64,000 bases of DNA from contig JAGWLB010000001.1 of the NCBI GenBank assembly GCA_028865035.1, positions 6,673 through 70,672 of the forward strand, written 5' to 3'. The stretch comes from Patescibacteria group bacterium. GTDB lineage: Bacteria; Patescibacteriota; Minisyncoccia; Phycocordibacterales; UBA9973. The notes beneath the pieces were generated by a model that saw only the letters and a list, made by a program, of their open reading frames with translations, searched no databases and was not told where the DNA came from. This document shows positions 46,318-56,098 of this stretch, one piece after another. Both the position numbers and the translations under genes were made by a program. How positions within the stretch are numbered: the stretch's first letter is position 1; every line of letters begins with the position of its first letter.

Positions 46318-48878
46318 TAACCATCTACTGTGAAAGGAACAGTAGTCTCGCCGCTATTTCCATTAACATCATAACCAATAACACGGACAATGTTTTCTTT
46401 TTTAATACTATTTATCTGACTAGGTGTAAATGAAACATTATAAGGGTAAGATTTTAAAGATATAAGGTAGGTGTTGTTTACATAAACATCAACTTTCTTG
46501 ATTTGATCCTGGTTAGTTGGTTCTATTGAAAGCGATATTAATTGGTCTTTATTATAAGATGTTTGATCAAGACCATTTATTTGAAAACTTGGTTTAGATA
46601 ATGTTGTGTGAACATTATCATTACTTTGAGGTACATTAGCTTCTGTTACTACTTTATAATCCGTCTTATGACTATCCCACCATTTTTGCACACTATATTC
46701 CCAGTTAGGATATTGTGGATCTTTTTGTGGACTAACTGGTTCAGGGCCTAATATATTATTCTTATCTATCCAATACAGAATACTGTGAACATTCGTAATC
46801 GATATTTCTTTCTTTGTATTGTCTGGTGTATATTCTGTTGCAAGTCCTCCAGATACAGCATCAATTGTGAATGTTTTTCCACCTTGCCAAAAACCTCTAA
46901 GTATAGGTGGTAGTGATGGGTCTATAGGATCTGGTTTATCAAAAGTCTCTACAGGAAGTGTTTTTAATGCTTCAGACATAACATCGTGCCAAATCGGACC
47001 AGCCAAAGATGAACCACCTCGCTTCATTGGCGTGTTGTCATTATTACCAACCCAAACACCAACAGCAACCGATGGAGTATAACCTATAGTCCAAGCATCC
47101 TTGTCGTCGTTTGTTGTACCAGTCTTAACAGCCACATCGCGTCCTGGTATGACTAAAACAGAGTTCGGACCGAAGGTAGGTGTACGAGCTTTATTATCAG
47201 ACAAAGAGTCAGAAATCATTCTTGTAACATTTGGATCAAGAACCTGGTATGACTTGTCTGTGTATTGTTCTAGCATATTACCGGAACTATCCTCAACAGA
47301 AAGAATTCCTTGAGGAGGATTACGGACACCTTTGTTTGCAAAAACACTATAGACAGACGTCATATCAAGAAGAGTAGTCTCTCCTCCACCTATAACAAGA
47401 GATAAACCATAACGAGTCGGGTCATTCAAAGTACTAATTCCGAGATCGTGTGCCATTTTAATAGCATTATCAACACCAACTAAATACAAAAGTTTTACAG
47501 CAACTATATTTACAGACTGAGCCAAAGCATCTTTTAAAGTCATCGGTCCACGGAAATTGTTATCAAAATCACTAGGAGAATAACAATTAGTGGTACTGTG
47601 CCCCGGTAATGGTTTGCCTGTCGGACCACAAGATGCATTAAACTCTGTTTTCACATCAAAAAGGTTTGTGTTCTCTGTATAACCATCTTTAAATGCAAGA
47701 GCATAGACTATCGGCTTAAAAGAAGACCCTGGTTGACGAGCAGCCGTAGCGACATTAAAGTTTCCATCTACAGATTTATCAAAGTAATCCCTTGACCCTA
47801 CCATTGCAAGTATTTGACCAGTCTTAGGGTCTATAACAACAATAGCAGTGTTCTTACCATTCGAGCTCTTTTCATTCTCCTTTGCTCTTTCTAAGGCGAT
47901 CTGTTCAGCCTTCATTTGAAGATTATAATCTAGAGTCGTAATAACTTTTAAACCACCATCATCGAGAATGTTAGGCCCATATTTCTTTTCTAAGTAATCT
48001 TTAATATAGAATACAAAGTGAGGTGCCGCTATATGCATAGGTTGAGCAGGTAAAAATGTAACTTTCTCATTTATGGCCTTGTCATAGTCAGCTTGAGTAA
48101 TGAATTTCAAATCAAGCATTCTTTTTAATACTAGATTTTTACGCGCGTCTAAATCTTTTTTATATTTACCATAAGGAGAGTAGTGGGTTGGAGCATTTGG
48201 TATCGCCGCCAAATACGCTGATTCAGCTAAAGTCATATCTATAGGCTCTTTTCCAAAGAAGGCTTTTGACGCTTCTTCAACTCCATAAATATTACCTCCA
48301 TAAGGAGCTTCATTTAAGTAAAGAGCCAGAATTTGTTCTTTACTCATAATTTTTTCTAGCTTAAGTGCTAGAATCCACTCTTTGATTTTACGAGTTATTG
48401 TACGGTTTTGATTTAAAAGCGTGTTCTTAATTAATTGTTGAGTAATTGTTGATCCACCCTGAACTTTCTTACCAGTTAGCTTTGCCCAGATAGTTGCTCT
48501 GATTATAGAGCTTATTCTTATGCCATTATGTTGGTAAAAGCTTGAATCTTCAATAGCGACAGTGGCATTTTTAATATTTACACCCATATCTTCATAAGGG
48601 ATAACAGTACGCTTAATATCTTGGTGGACATCATAGAGTAATATATTACCGGTACGGTCATATATTTTAGTTGAACTTTGTATTTTATTCTCGTTAAATG
48701 ATTTAAAATCTGGTATTTCCAGCGAGCTAACCCAGAGCATTATAATGCCAAGTAAAACAATCCCAACCCCAAAAATAAACATCATCCAATGCTTAAATGA
48801 ATGCTTTTTTATAAACTTTTTCAACCCTCTGGCAATTTTTTTAAGGTATTTCTCTATAGGCTGCATATATGTATACAT
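46314..48878 (-). CDS. Class A penicillin-binding protein (glycosyltransferase + transpeptidase) with C-terminal Ig-like extension
   Basis: GT51 motifs EDSSFYQHNGI, GGSTITQQL; transpeptidase motifs PGSSFKP, SVN, KTGTT. Confidence 0.85.
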   Translation of the reverse strand: MYTYMQPIEKYLKKIARGLKKFIKKHSFKHWMMFIFGVGIVLLGIIMLWVSSLEIPDFKSFNENKIQSSTKIYDRTGNILLYDVHQDIKRTVIPYEDMGVNIKNATVAIEDSSFYQHNGIRISSIIRATIWAKLTGKKVQGGSTITQQLIKNTLLNQNRTITRKIKEWILALKLEKIMSKEQILALYLNEAPYGGNIYGVEEASKAFFGKEPIDMTLAESAYLAAIPNAPTHYSPYGKYKKDLDARKNLVLKRMLDLKFITQADYDKAINEKVTFLPAQPMHIAAPHFVFYIKDYLEKKYGPNILDDGGLKVITTLDYNLQMKAEQIALERAKENEKSSNGKNTAIVVIDPKTGQILAMVGSRDYFDKSVDGNFNVATAARQPGSSFKPIVYALAFKDGYTENTNLFDVKTEFNASCGPTGKPLPGHSTTNCYSPSDFDNNFRGPMTLKDALAQSVNIVAVKLLYLVGVDNAIKMAHDLGISTLNDPTRYGLSLVIGGGETTLLDMTSVYSVFANKGVRNPPQGILSVEDSSGNMLEQYTDKSYQVLDPNVTRMISDSLSDNKARTPTFGPNSVLVIPGRDVAVKTGTTNDDKDAWTIGYTPSVAVGVWVGNNDNTPMKRGGSSLAGPIWHDVMSEALKTLPVETFDKPDPIDPSLPPILRGFWQGGKTFTIDAVSGGLATEYTPDNTKKEISITNVHSILYWIDKNNILGPEPVSPQKDPQYPNWEYSVQKWWDSHKTDYKVVTEANVPQSNDNVHTTLSKPSFQINGLDQTSYNKDQLISLSIEPTNQDQIKKVDVYVNNTYLISLKSYPYNVSFTPSQINSIKKENIVRVIGYDVNGNSGETTVPFTVDGY

Positions 48879-48968
48879 ATCATATCATAATTTATAACCA
48901 TTTATAGGTAATTATCTAAAACAAAACTAATTTTTAAAATTTTCTATAGAATGCTATAATGCCATTTT

Positions 48969-50438
48969 ATGAAGGAAATTTCAAATAAGCAGAAATTAGA
49001 CGAACTATTGTCACGCGGAGTAGGTGAGTTTATAGACCCTGATGGAGCTTTTCGTAAAAAACTCGAAACGGCACCTGAAAAAATAGTAATAAAATTCGGC
49101 ATCGACCCAACTAGACCAGACATACATATAGGTCATGCTGTAGTTTTGCGCAAACTTAGACAATTCCAAGATTTAGGATGCAAGGTTATATTCCTTGTAG
49201 GAGATTTTACCGCCTTAATTGGAGACCCGACAGGAAAAAGTAAAGTACGACCAGAAATTGAACAAAAAGAAATAAGTTTAATTATGGAGACATTTGTACG
49301 ACAAATACCAAAAATTTTGAAAATTGAACCAGTATCTGAAGAAGATAAAAAAAGAGCAGAAATTGGCGGTTTAACAAGGGATTCTAATAATTTTATTGTC
49401 GAAAGCCCTTGGTTTAGCTGGATGCGTAATTCAGATTGGTTTTTTAATGTTACTGACATTGATCCAACAGGAGCTAGTCAGCAATCCCTTGTGGTTAATG
49501 ACGAAAATGGAAAAGTTTTAAACATAAAAATCCCTAAAAATTCATTCTTCGAAAAAGCTGTAGTATTTGAAAATACTAGAATGCAAAAACTTCTTAAAAG
49601 AAAGGAGATTAAAACAGTTTCTTTTGTAAACTTTCTTGCGTATTTAAGATTATTATCTCATTCGCAGTTAATAGAAAGAGATATGTTCCAACAACGGATC
49701 AATAAAGGCGAACCACTTTTTATGCATGAAATGATGTACCCCGTAGCACAAGGTATAGATTCAAATATAATAAGCGATATCTATGGTTCATGCGACTTAG
49801 AAGTCGGCGGAACAGATCAAACCTTTAATATGCTTATGGGTAGGACCTTAATGAAGTTTAGCAAAAAAGAACCCCAAGCTATTTTAGCTTTTGAAATTCT
49901 TGAAGGATTAGACGGTAAAGAAAAAATGTCAAAGAGTTTAGATAATTACATTGGTATCAATGAAGATCCAAATGAAATGTTCGGGAAAATAATGTCAATC
50001 CCTGACAATCTTATTACGAAATATTTCTTACTTTGCACAGATACATCAAAAGATATCATTGATGGTTATGCTCGCGATATGGATACTGGCAAAGTTAATC
50101 CACGTGATTTGAAAATGTTACTCGGTAAAGAGTTGGTCACCATGTACCACAGTAAAGAAGAAGCTGAGAAAGCAGAAGAGAACTTTATAGCAACATTTCA
50201 GAAAAAAGAAATACCCAAAGATATAACTGAAATCAAAGCAGATAAGAATGACTTGCTCGTAGATATTTTTCTTAAGAACAATATTGTCTCATCCAAAACA
50301 GAATTCCGTAGACTTATAGACGAAAATGCTATCACTTACTTAGACACCAATGAAAAAATAACTGAACATACAGTCAAAGTTTCCCAGGGCGTTTATCGTA
50401 TCGGCAAAAAAAGATTTTGTAAAATATCTTTAAAATAA
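48969..50438 (+). CDS. tyrS: Tyrosyl-tRNA synthetase with ~90-aa internal insertion
   Basis: HIGH (DIHIGHAV), FQ...LVGDFTALIGDPTGKS, KMSKS, and a C-terminal S4-like domain. Confidence 0.85.
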   Translation: MKEISNKQKLDELLSRGVGEFIDPDGAFRKKLETAPEKIVIKFGIDPTRPDIHIGHAVVLRKLRQFQDLGCKVIFLVGDFTALIGDPTGKSKVRPEIEQKEISLIMETFVRQIPKILKIEPVSEEDKKRAEIGGLTRDSNNFIVESPWFSWMRNSDWFFNVTDIDPTGASQQSLVVNDENGKVLNIKIPKNSFFEKAVVFENTRMQKLLKRKEIKTVSFVNFLAYLRLLSHSQLIERDMFQQRINKGEPLFMHEMMYPVAQGIDSNIISDIYGSCDLEVGGTDQTFNMLMGRTLMKFSKKEPQAILAFEILEGLDGKEKMSKSLDNYIGINEDPNEMFGKIMSIPDNLITKYFLLCTDTSKDIIDGYARDMDTGKVNPRDLKMLLGKELVTMYHSKEEAEKAEENFIATFQKKEIPKDITEIKADKNDLLVDIFLKNNIVSSKTEFRRLIDENAITYLDTNEKITEHTVKVSQGVYRIGKKRFCKISLK

Positions 50439-50449
50439 ATATCACATAA

Positions 50450-50481
50450 TAAAAACCCCAGACTAAATCCTGGGGTTTTTA
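50450..50481. terminator. Bidirectional rho-independent terminator
   Basis: aaaaaccccag-loop-ctggggttttt between convergent tyrS and the small acidic ORF. Confidence 0.65.
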
Positions 50482-50643
50482 TTAATACATAGAACCATCT
50501 AAATCAGCAACTTCATCTGGTTCATCGTAATCACCAGACAGCAGATCATCGCTTTGTGGATCTTCAGAATCTGATCCAAAATCAAGATCGTCATCGTCTT
50601 CAAAATCACTAAACTTTGGTTCCTCTTCGTCGTTATAACTCAT
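50482..50643 (-). CDS. Small extremely acidic protein (53 aa), not in the ORF track
   Basis: Reverse-strand translation MSYNDEEEPKFSDFEDDDDLDFGSDSEDPQSDDLLSGDYDEPDEVADLDGSMY; paralog of the ORF at 5351..5482. Confidence 0.35.
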   Translation of the reverse strand: MSYNDEEEPKFSDFEDDDDLDFGSDSEDPQSDDLLSGDYDEPDEVADLDGSMY

Positions 50644-50757
50644 ATATTTATTGAAATGAATTTAAACAAAAATTATAATAGACTATTTGTATCAAAATAA
50701 TTTATGCTTTGCAATAGCTGTTTGCCTGTGGAAAACTAGTTTAAGCACAAAATTATT

Positions 50758-51258
50758 TTACCCTTTATCTAATTGGTCTAAAATCAACTTTTCACAAGCC
50801 AGACAAGTCAGGCCAATCGCTATAGCATCTAATTCATCATCTGAGTTGGTTACAGTTTTCATCTCGATAAGTTTGGGGACCATTCTTATAACCATATCTT
50901 TACTCGCTTTACCATAACCTGTCACTGCTAACTTTATACTAGGAGGAGTGTATTCGAAAATAGAAAGATTTTTTGATGATGCACAGTACATAATAACACC
51001 ACGAGCTTCAGCCACATTCATTACAGTTTTTTGGTTTGTAGTAAAATATAATTTCTCTATCGCTAATGCTTTTGGATTATATTTTTTTATTAAACGATTA
51101 ACTTCCTCACCGATAAACGCTAGCCGTTGATGAAAGGGAATATCTGCACTTGTTTTGAAACAGTTCGAATACACCAAAACATCTTTTCCTTTTATGTGAT
51201 GTTCTATGATTGCAGTTCCAACTCTTTCAAACCCAGGATCAATTGCTAGTATTTTCAT
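50758..51258 (-). CDS. ruvC: Holliday junction resolvase RuvC
   Basis: MKILAIDPGFERVGTAI; 166 aa RNase H-fold resolvase. Confidence 0.85.
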   Translation of the reverse strand: MKILAIDPGFERVGTAIIEHHIKGKDVLVYSNCFKTSADIPFHQRLAFIGEEVNRLIKKYNPKALAIEKLYFTTNQKTVMNVAEARGVIMYCASSKNLSIFEYTPPSIKLAVTGYGKASKDMVIRMVPKLIEMKTVTNSDDELDAIAIGLTCLACEKLILDQLDKG

Positions 51259-52237
51259 AATCGTATCCTAAATGCTCATAACCCTTTTTAGTAACAACTC
51301 TTCCTCTTGTTGTTCGATCAAGTAGACCAAGCTGTATTAAATATGGTTCAACAACTTCTTCTATCGTAGCTTCTTCTTCTGAAGTTGCAGCAGCAATTGT
51401 CTTTAGACCTACAGGACCACCGGAGAATTTACTTATGATTGTTTCCATTATACGTCTATCAGATGAAGATAAACCTAGTTCATCAATCTCAAGCAACCCC
51501 AAAGCTCTTTTTACAGAGTCCTTTGATATCGGAACTTTATTCACCTGAGCGTAATCACGACATCTTTTCAGTAGATAATTTGCAGTACGTGGTGTAAAAC
51601 GTGCCCGTTTTGCGATTTCATCAAGAGCATCGTCGGATAATTCTATATCAAGAATATTCCCCGAACGTGTTAGTATTTTTTTAATTTCATCGTGAGCATA
51701 GAATTCAAGTCGGAAGACTCCACCAGAGAAGCGAGAGCGTAGTGGTGATGACAGTAAAGCAATACGTGTAGTTGCTGCTATTAAAGTGAAGGGCGGTAGT
51801 TCGAGTTGTATAGTACGTGCCGATGGACCTTTACCGATAATTATATCAAGTACACCAGATTCCATAGCAGGGTAGAGAACTTCCTCAACCATTTTATTTA
51901 GTCGATGAATCTCGTCTATAAAAACAATATCCCCTGGAGTTAGGTTTGTTAATATAGAAGCTAGATCTCCAACTTTCTCTATAGCTGGACCTGAAGTTAT
52001 TTTTATCTGTCTCTTTGTTTCTTTTGCTATCAGATGGGCCAAAGTTGTTTTACCAAGACCTGGTGGACCGTAAAAAAGAATATGTTCTGCTGGATGAGAC
52101 CTTTCTTCGGCCGCAGTTAAAAGTATTTTTAGATTGGCTTTTATGTTTTCTTGACCTATATAATCAACCCAGACATTTGGTCGGAGTGTTTGATCTAAAA
52201 ACCCTTCATCTTTAGCTGTTTTATCTTTACTTGACAT
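51239..52237 (-). CDS. ruvB: Holliday junction branch-migration helicase RuvB
   Basis: GPPGLGKTTLAHLIA Walker A; VFIDEIHRL. Confidence 0.9.
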   Translation of the reverse strand: MSSKDKTAKDEGFLDQTLRPNVWVDYIGQENIKANLKILLTAAEERSHPAEHILFYGPPGLGKTTLAHLIAKETKRQIKITSGPAIEKVGDLASILTNLTPGDIVFIDEIHRLNKMVEEVLYPAMESGVLDIIIGKGPSARTIQLELPPFTLIAATTRIALLSSPLRSRFSGGVFRLEFYAHDEIKKILTRSGNILDIELSDDALDEIAKRARFTPRTANYLLKRCRDYAQVNKVPISKDSVKRALGLLEIDELGLSSSDRRIMETIISKFSGGPVGLKTIAAATSEEEATIEEVVEPYLIQLGLLDRTTRGRVVTKKGYEHLGYDYENTSN

Positions 52238-52299
52238 TATATTTTTAATATGCTATACTCCCTTTAGAAATTTAGTAAGCATTTACTAGTTGATTATAG

Positions 52300-52470
52300 C
52301 ATTTTAGTGAAAACGACATAAATCTCTAAGCAATCGGCCACGTGCTCTATGTATGTGAGTAGGACATTCTGGTTATATTTATATTTACTGGGGTTATCCT
52401 GCGATCATACGTTACTTTGGAAGCTATACGTTATCAAAGGATTGTTTAGAGATTTATGTTTTTTTCTTTT
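52300..52470. ncRNA. Candidate structured RNA element (unclassified)
   Basis: 17-nt long-range inverted repeat cataaatctctaagcaa (52319..52335) / ttgtttagagatttatg (52442..52458), 16/17 complementary, enclosing ~105 nt with local GC-rich stems; followed by a strong terminator. Confidence 0.25.
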
Positions 52471-52503
52471 AAATAAACCCCCGCAGTATGCGGGGGTTTA
52501 TTT
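52471..52503. terminator. Bidirectional rho-independent terminator
   Basis: aaataaacccccgca-gta-tgcgggggtttattt, an 8-bp GC stem flanked by A and T tracts, immediately after the pilB-like stop. Confidence 0.65.
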
Positions 52504-54271
52504 ATTCTTCGTAGAAGTCCACAACACTTCCAACTTCGGCATAAGAAGTAATACCTTTCAAGACTTTTACTATCCCATCTTCTTTCATATTGAGTGATCC
52601 TTGGTTAGCGGCAATATTTTTTATTTCTCTTTCACTTGGATTATTCGGAATAATTGCTTCTATTGCTGCGTCATTATGAATCGCTTCAAATATCCCCAAT
52701 CTGCCTTTATAGCCAGTGTTGTTGCATAGAGGACAGCCAACAGCTTCATATATTTTTATAGGAGCATCCATATCGACTCCGTAATTATTGAAATCTTTAT
52801 TATGAGCTTTAGCTTCATCGCTAATCTTTTTTATTATTCTCATTTCTTCATCTGAAATAACTTTTTCTTTTTTACAACTTGAGCAAAGTTTACGAACCAA
52901 ACGCTGAGCTATAGATAAAGATAGGGCAGACACTAGTATTTTAGGGTTTACATCAAGGTCGATCAGACGAGGTATCACTCCAGCAGCATTGTTTGTGTGA
53001 AGAGTTGAAAAGACAAGGTGACCAGTAAGTGCTGATTCAACAGCAATCTTTGCTGTTTCGCTATCTCGGATTTCTCCAACCATTATCACATCTGGGTCTT
53101 GGCGCAAAGCTGAACGTAGGCCCTCAAGGAATGTATAACCTTTTTCATTATCAGTCTGAGTTTGAGTAATTCCAGGTAAGTGGTATTCAATAGGGTCTTC
53201 AATAGTAATTATCTTTATTTCTGTTGAGTATATTTTTTGTAAAAAAGAGTAAAGAGTCGTTGTCTTACCTGAACCTGTAGGACCAGTAAGCAAGATCATA
53301 CCATTTGGCTTTTTGATTTCACGCATAAATATCTCATATAATTTCGGTTCAATCCCCATATCTTCAAGTTTAACTTGAATAGATTTTGGGTTTAATATAC
53401 GCATAACGATAGACTCGCCGTAAGCTCCTGGAATAAGTGATACACGAAGACTAATCTCGTCTTGATCCAAGAATATACTGAAGCGCCCATCTTGAGCAAT
53501 CGCGGAAGAAGTAATTTTTAAGCCAGCTAGAAGTTTAATTCTAGAATTAATAAATTTATGAACATCTGGCGATATATCCATTACCGTGTGAAGCACACCA
53601 TCCAAACGAAAACGCAAACGCACAGTATCTTGCTCAGGTTCAAAGTGTAGGTCAGAAGCGTTAATCGCTATCGCTCCTGCTAATGCAATCTCAAGTATAT
53701 GAGAAGTCATATGAGATTTATCCTTTTCAGTTTCTAAGATTGCCTTTTTAATATCATCTATAGTTTTAATACCAAACATTATTTTCTTCAAGGCATCACC
53801 TGATATTGCGATACTTCCAGCCTTAGATTCTGAAGCGTAAGATATCTCGCCATAGCGCTCCCAAGCTTTATTTAAGCTAGCAAGCGAAGCCATATAGAAG
53901 TGAGGAATAAAACCATGACTTTCAAAATATTCGGTTAAATGTTTTAAATGATCTTCTCTTGGAGAACGTACCGCAATATGAAGATCTTTACCTAGAACCT
54001 TAAAAGGTGCGATTTCTTCAGTAATAGCATCTTTTTCAGGTATAGAACGGAGAGCATCGTTATCAATAGGCATACCTGCCAAGTTCACTGGGGGGACACC
54101 ATATTTTGATTCTGCTAAAGCCTGTATTAAATCTTCTTCTTCTTGCTTACGCAGATCAGATAAGTTTCTTTCTTCTTTGTCGTCATCGAATTGAATAGCC
54201 ATAATATGCTTATTATATCGTATAAAATCACTAAATAGATACTTGACAAACATATGATAATATGACATCAT
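52502..54271 (-). CDS. pilB: Type IV pilus/type II secretion assembly ATPase (PilB/GspE family)
   Basis: N-terminal GSPII_E_N-like domain; LLTGPTGSGKTTTLYS Walker A; MVGEIRD; tetracysteine CPLC...C motif. Confidence 0.85.
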   Translation of the reverse strand: MMSYYHMFVKYLFSDFIRYNKHIMAIQFDDDKEERNLSDLRKQEEEDLIQALAESKYGVPPVNLAGMPIDNDALRSIPEKDAITEEIAPFKVLGKDLHIAVRSPREDHLKHLTEYFESHGFIPHFYMASLASLNKAWERYGEISYASESKAGSIAISGDALKKIMFGIKTIDDIKKAILETEKDKSHMTSHILEIALAGAIAINASDLHFEPEQDTVRLRFRLDGVLHTVMDISPDVHKFINSRIKLLAGLKITSSAIAQDGRFSIFLDQDEISLRVSLIPGAYGESIVMRILNPKSIQVKLEDMGIEPKLYEIFMREIKKPNGMILLTGPTGSGKTTTLYSFLQKIYSTEIKIITIEDPIEYHLPGITQTQTDNEKGYTFLEGLRSALRQDPDVIMVGEIRDSETAKIAVESALTGHLVFSTLHTNNAAGVIPRLIDLDVNPKILVSALSLSIAQRLVRKLCSSCKKEKVISDEEMRIIKKISDEAKAHNKDFNNYGVDMDAPIKIYEAVGCPLCNNTGYKGRLGIFEAIHNDAAIEAIIPNNPSEREIKNIAANQGSLNMKEDGIVKVLKGITSYAEVGSVVDFYEE

Positions 54272-54352
54272 GTGGCTAAATGTATTAGTTTTAATTGTTT
54301 TACTTGCTTTTCAATCTTTGGACAGTAAATAAAACAATTAAAACTAGTAAAA

Positions 54353-54862
54353 ATGAAAAATAAAAATTTAATATTAATAGCTATTATATTAATAGCTATT
54401 ACGGATGTTGGTTGCGTGACTACAAAACCAGCCCAGCAACTTCCTCAATTAACTCAGGTTGCACCACAAGAAGCCAATAAGCCTATACTGTGGATGCAAC
54501 AGTATTTTACGAATTTTCCGCTGAAACTTATAAAAGATACAATCTCTTTATATCCAACGGATACCGTAAAATTCCGCGGGCCGTCACAGTTTGCTTTTGT
54601 TGGCGGGCATGTGCAACAAGTTGACACTATAGTTATAGTAAATCCTATGACCCCGGGGAAAATTGTCGGAAACCCCAAATATGCAGGGAATAGGGTTGTT
54701 GGTTTCGATGTCTTGTTCGAGAAAAATTCACCATTTCCAGTTCCGTTTATTGTGAACCAGGATGCATCCTTCAGTCCTGAAGGATTTCCTTTAGTTAAGC
54801 TCGTGTGGTACTTGGAAAGATTTAGCGTAACCCGAACTTTATCGGGGAACGAGGTAAATTAG
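54353..54862 (+). CDS. Secreted/lipoprotein-like hypothetical protein
   Basis: Signal peptide with Cys at position 21; no domain recognised. Confidence 0.5.
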   Translation: MKNKNLILIAIILIAITDVGCVTTKPAQQLPQLTQVAPQEANKPILWMQQYFTNFPLKLIKDTISLYPTDTVKFRGPSQFAFVGGHVQQVDTIVIVNPMTPGKIVGNPKYAGNRVVGFDVLFEKNSPFPVPFIVNQDASFSPEGFPLVKLVWYLERFSVTRTLSGNEVN

Positions 54863-54887
54863 AAAAAATTAATTTTTAAAAATGTTA

Positions 54888-54920
54888 AAGAGACCTATTG
54901 CTTTGCTTAGGTCTTTTTTT
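54888..54920 (+). terminator. Rho-independent terminator
   Basis: aagagacct...aggtctttttttt. Confidence 0.5.
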
Positions 54921-55020
54921 ATTAATAAAACAACAATATTTTTAGCAGTTGATTTTTTACCTATAAAAAAGTAATATCTTTTGAAACTATACGGCATATA
55001 TATTGAGTAACTGTGTCGTA

Positions 55021-55049
55021 TTGACAATTCCATCATATTATGATATGAT
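55021..55049 (+). promoter_or_regulatory. Near-consensus sigma70 promoter TTGACA-17-TATGAT
   Basis: Read directly; about 80 nt upstream of the ATG at 55130. Confidence 0.4.
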
Positions 55050-55073
55050 GCACGCAAATATGAGATTCTAGCT

Positions 55074-55116
55074 TAGTTACATTTGTGGCCTAAAGTTTAG
55101 GCAATAAGTGTAACTA
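55074..55116 (+). promoter_or_regulatory. Nested perfect hairpin in the predicted 5'UTR
   Basis: tagttaca-tttgtg-gcctaaa-g-tttaggc-aataag-tgtaacta: outer 8-bp and inner 7-bp perfect stems. Confidence 0.4.
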
Positions 55117-55129
55117 AACTAGAAATCAA

Positions 55130-55978
55130 ATGAAAAAGATCATTGTAATCTTGTCTGCGATCCTATTCATAGGATTTCAGGCTAAAGCCCAACAGTATTT
55201 GCACTGGATTCAGTGGGTTAATGAACCCAACCATGTGGCAACTGCATCAGAACTTGGTGATATTGCTTATGCATTAAATGCAGGCAGTATTAATCCTAAA
55301 AATACATACAGGTTAAGCACAGGAGTTCTCTACAGAATTCCAAAACCGAACATGTACTTGGAATATTTGGTTAAGGTCTATCAAAAGATTGACCCTTCAA
55401 CAACCGCTTCAAATTTATATTTGAAAATAAAAAATGATGACGAAACAAATTGGGATAATAATCTCAATATGACCGTCAAAAACTATTATTTTTCAAGTGT
55501 TCATCACGAGGTTCGGTTTATATCGAACTACTCTGGGGTAAGCACACAGTGTCCTGTGTTGTTGCACAATGGGTATCCGACAATCAAAAGAGATTGCGGA
55601 AATCCACTTGAGAGTTACGGTACAGTTGGGTTAGAAACAACCACAGCCCCTGCACAAGTAGCTACAGAAAATAAGTACATACCTGTGGAAAATTACAACC
55701 CAGTTTTGCCTCAACAAAAGTATACTTTCACCAACCCAGTTTTGCCTCAACAAAAGGTAAAACACAAAAAATGGTGGATACTACCTTTAGTTGCAGTTGT
55801 TGTCGGTACTGGAACTTATATTGCTCTAACCGGAGGAAAATCTACAGCCAGTGGTAACCCCGGCGGAGCACCCTCAACAACTGGGAACAATGACCCCAGA
55901 GGGCCAGGCGGTGCACCCAGTACAACTGGAGTGCATGGATTTAGACCAAGCATAGTTGGTTTTAGAATCAGTTTTTAA
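55130..55978 (+). CDS. Secreted, C-terminally anchored hypothetical protein with short tandem repeats
   Basis: Signal peptide; NPVLPQQK x2 and GGAPSTTG x2 repeats; TM near the C-terminus. Confidence 0.5.
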   Translation: MKKIIVILSAILFIGFQAKAQQYLHWIQWVNEPNHVATASELGDIAYALNAGSINPKNTYRLSTGVLYRIPKPNMYLEYLVKVYQKIDPSTTASNLYLKIKNDDETNWDNNLNMTVKNYYFSSVHHEVRFISNYSGVSTQCPVLLHNGYPTIKRDCGNPLESYGTVGLETTTAPAQVATENKYIPVENYNPVLPQQKYTFTNPVLPQQKVKHKKWWILPLVAVVVGTGTYIALTGGKSTASGNPGGAPSTTGNNDPRGPGGAPSTTGVHGFRPSIVGFRISF

Positions 55979-56098
55979 AGAAATAATTAGGAGATGAAAA
56001 AATATTATTAACAAATAATACACATCTCCTACTTTTTTAAGTCTTTAACTTGTCGAAAGGTTGAAGGTTTAAAATTGTAAAGTTAATTATTAATCAGT

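Noticed and set aside
48879-48968. T-box riboswitch upstream of tyrS
   Set aside because: The leader is only ~90 nt, too short for a T-box, and no specifier/T-box consensus is visible.
52349-52597. 82-aa plus-strand ORF between ruvB and pilB
   Set aside because: It runs through a strong hairpin terminator and into the 3' end of pilB. The region is better explained as a structured RNA or UTR.
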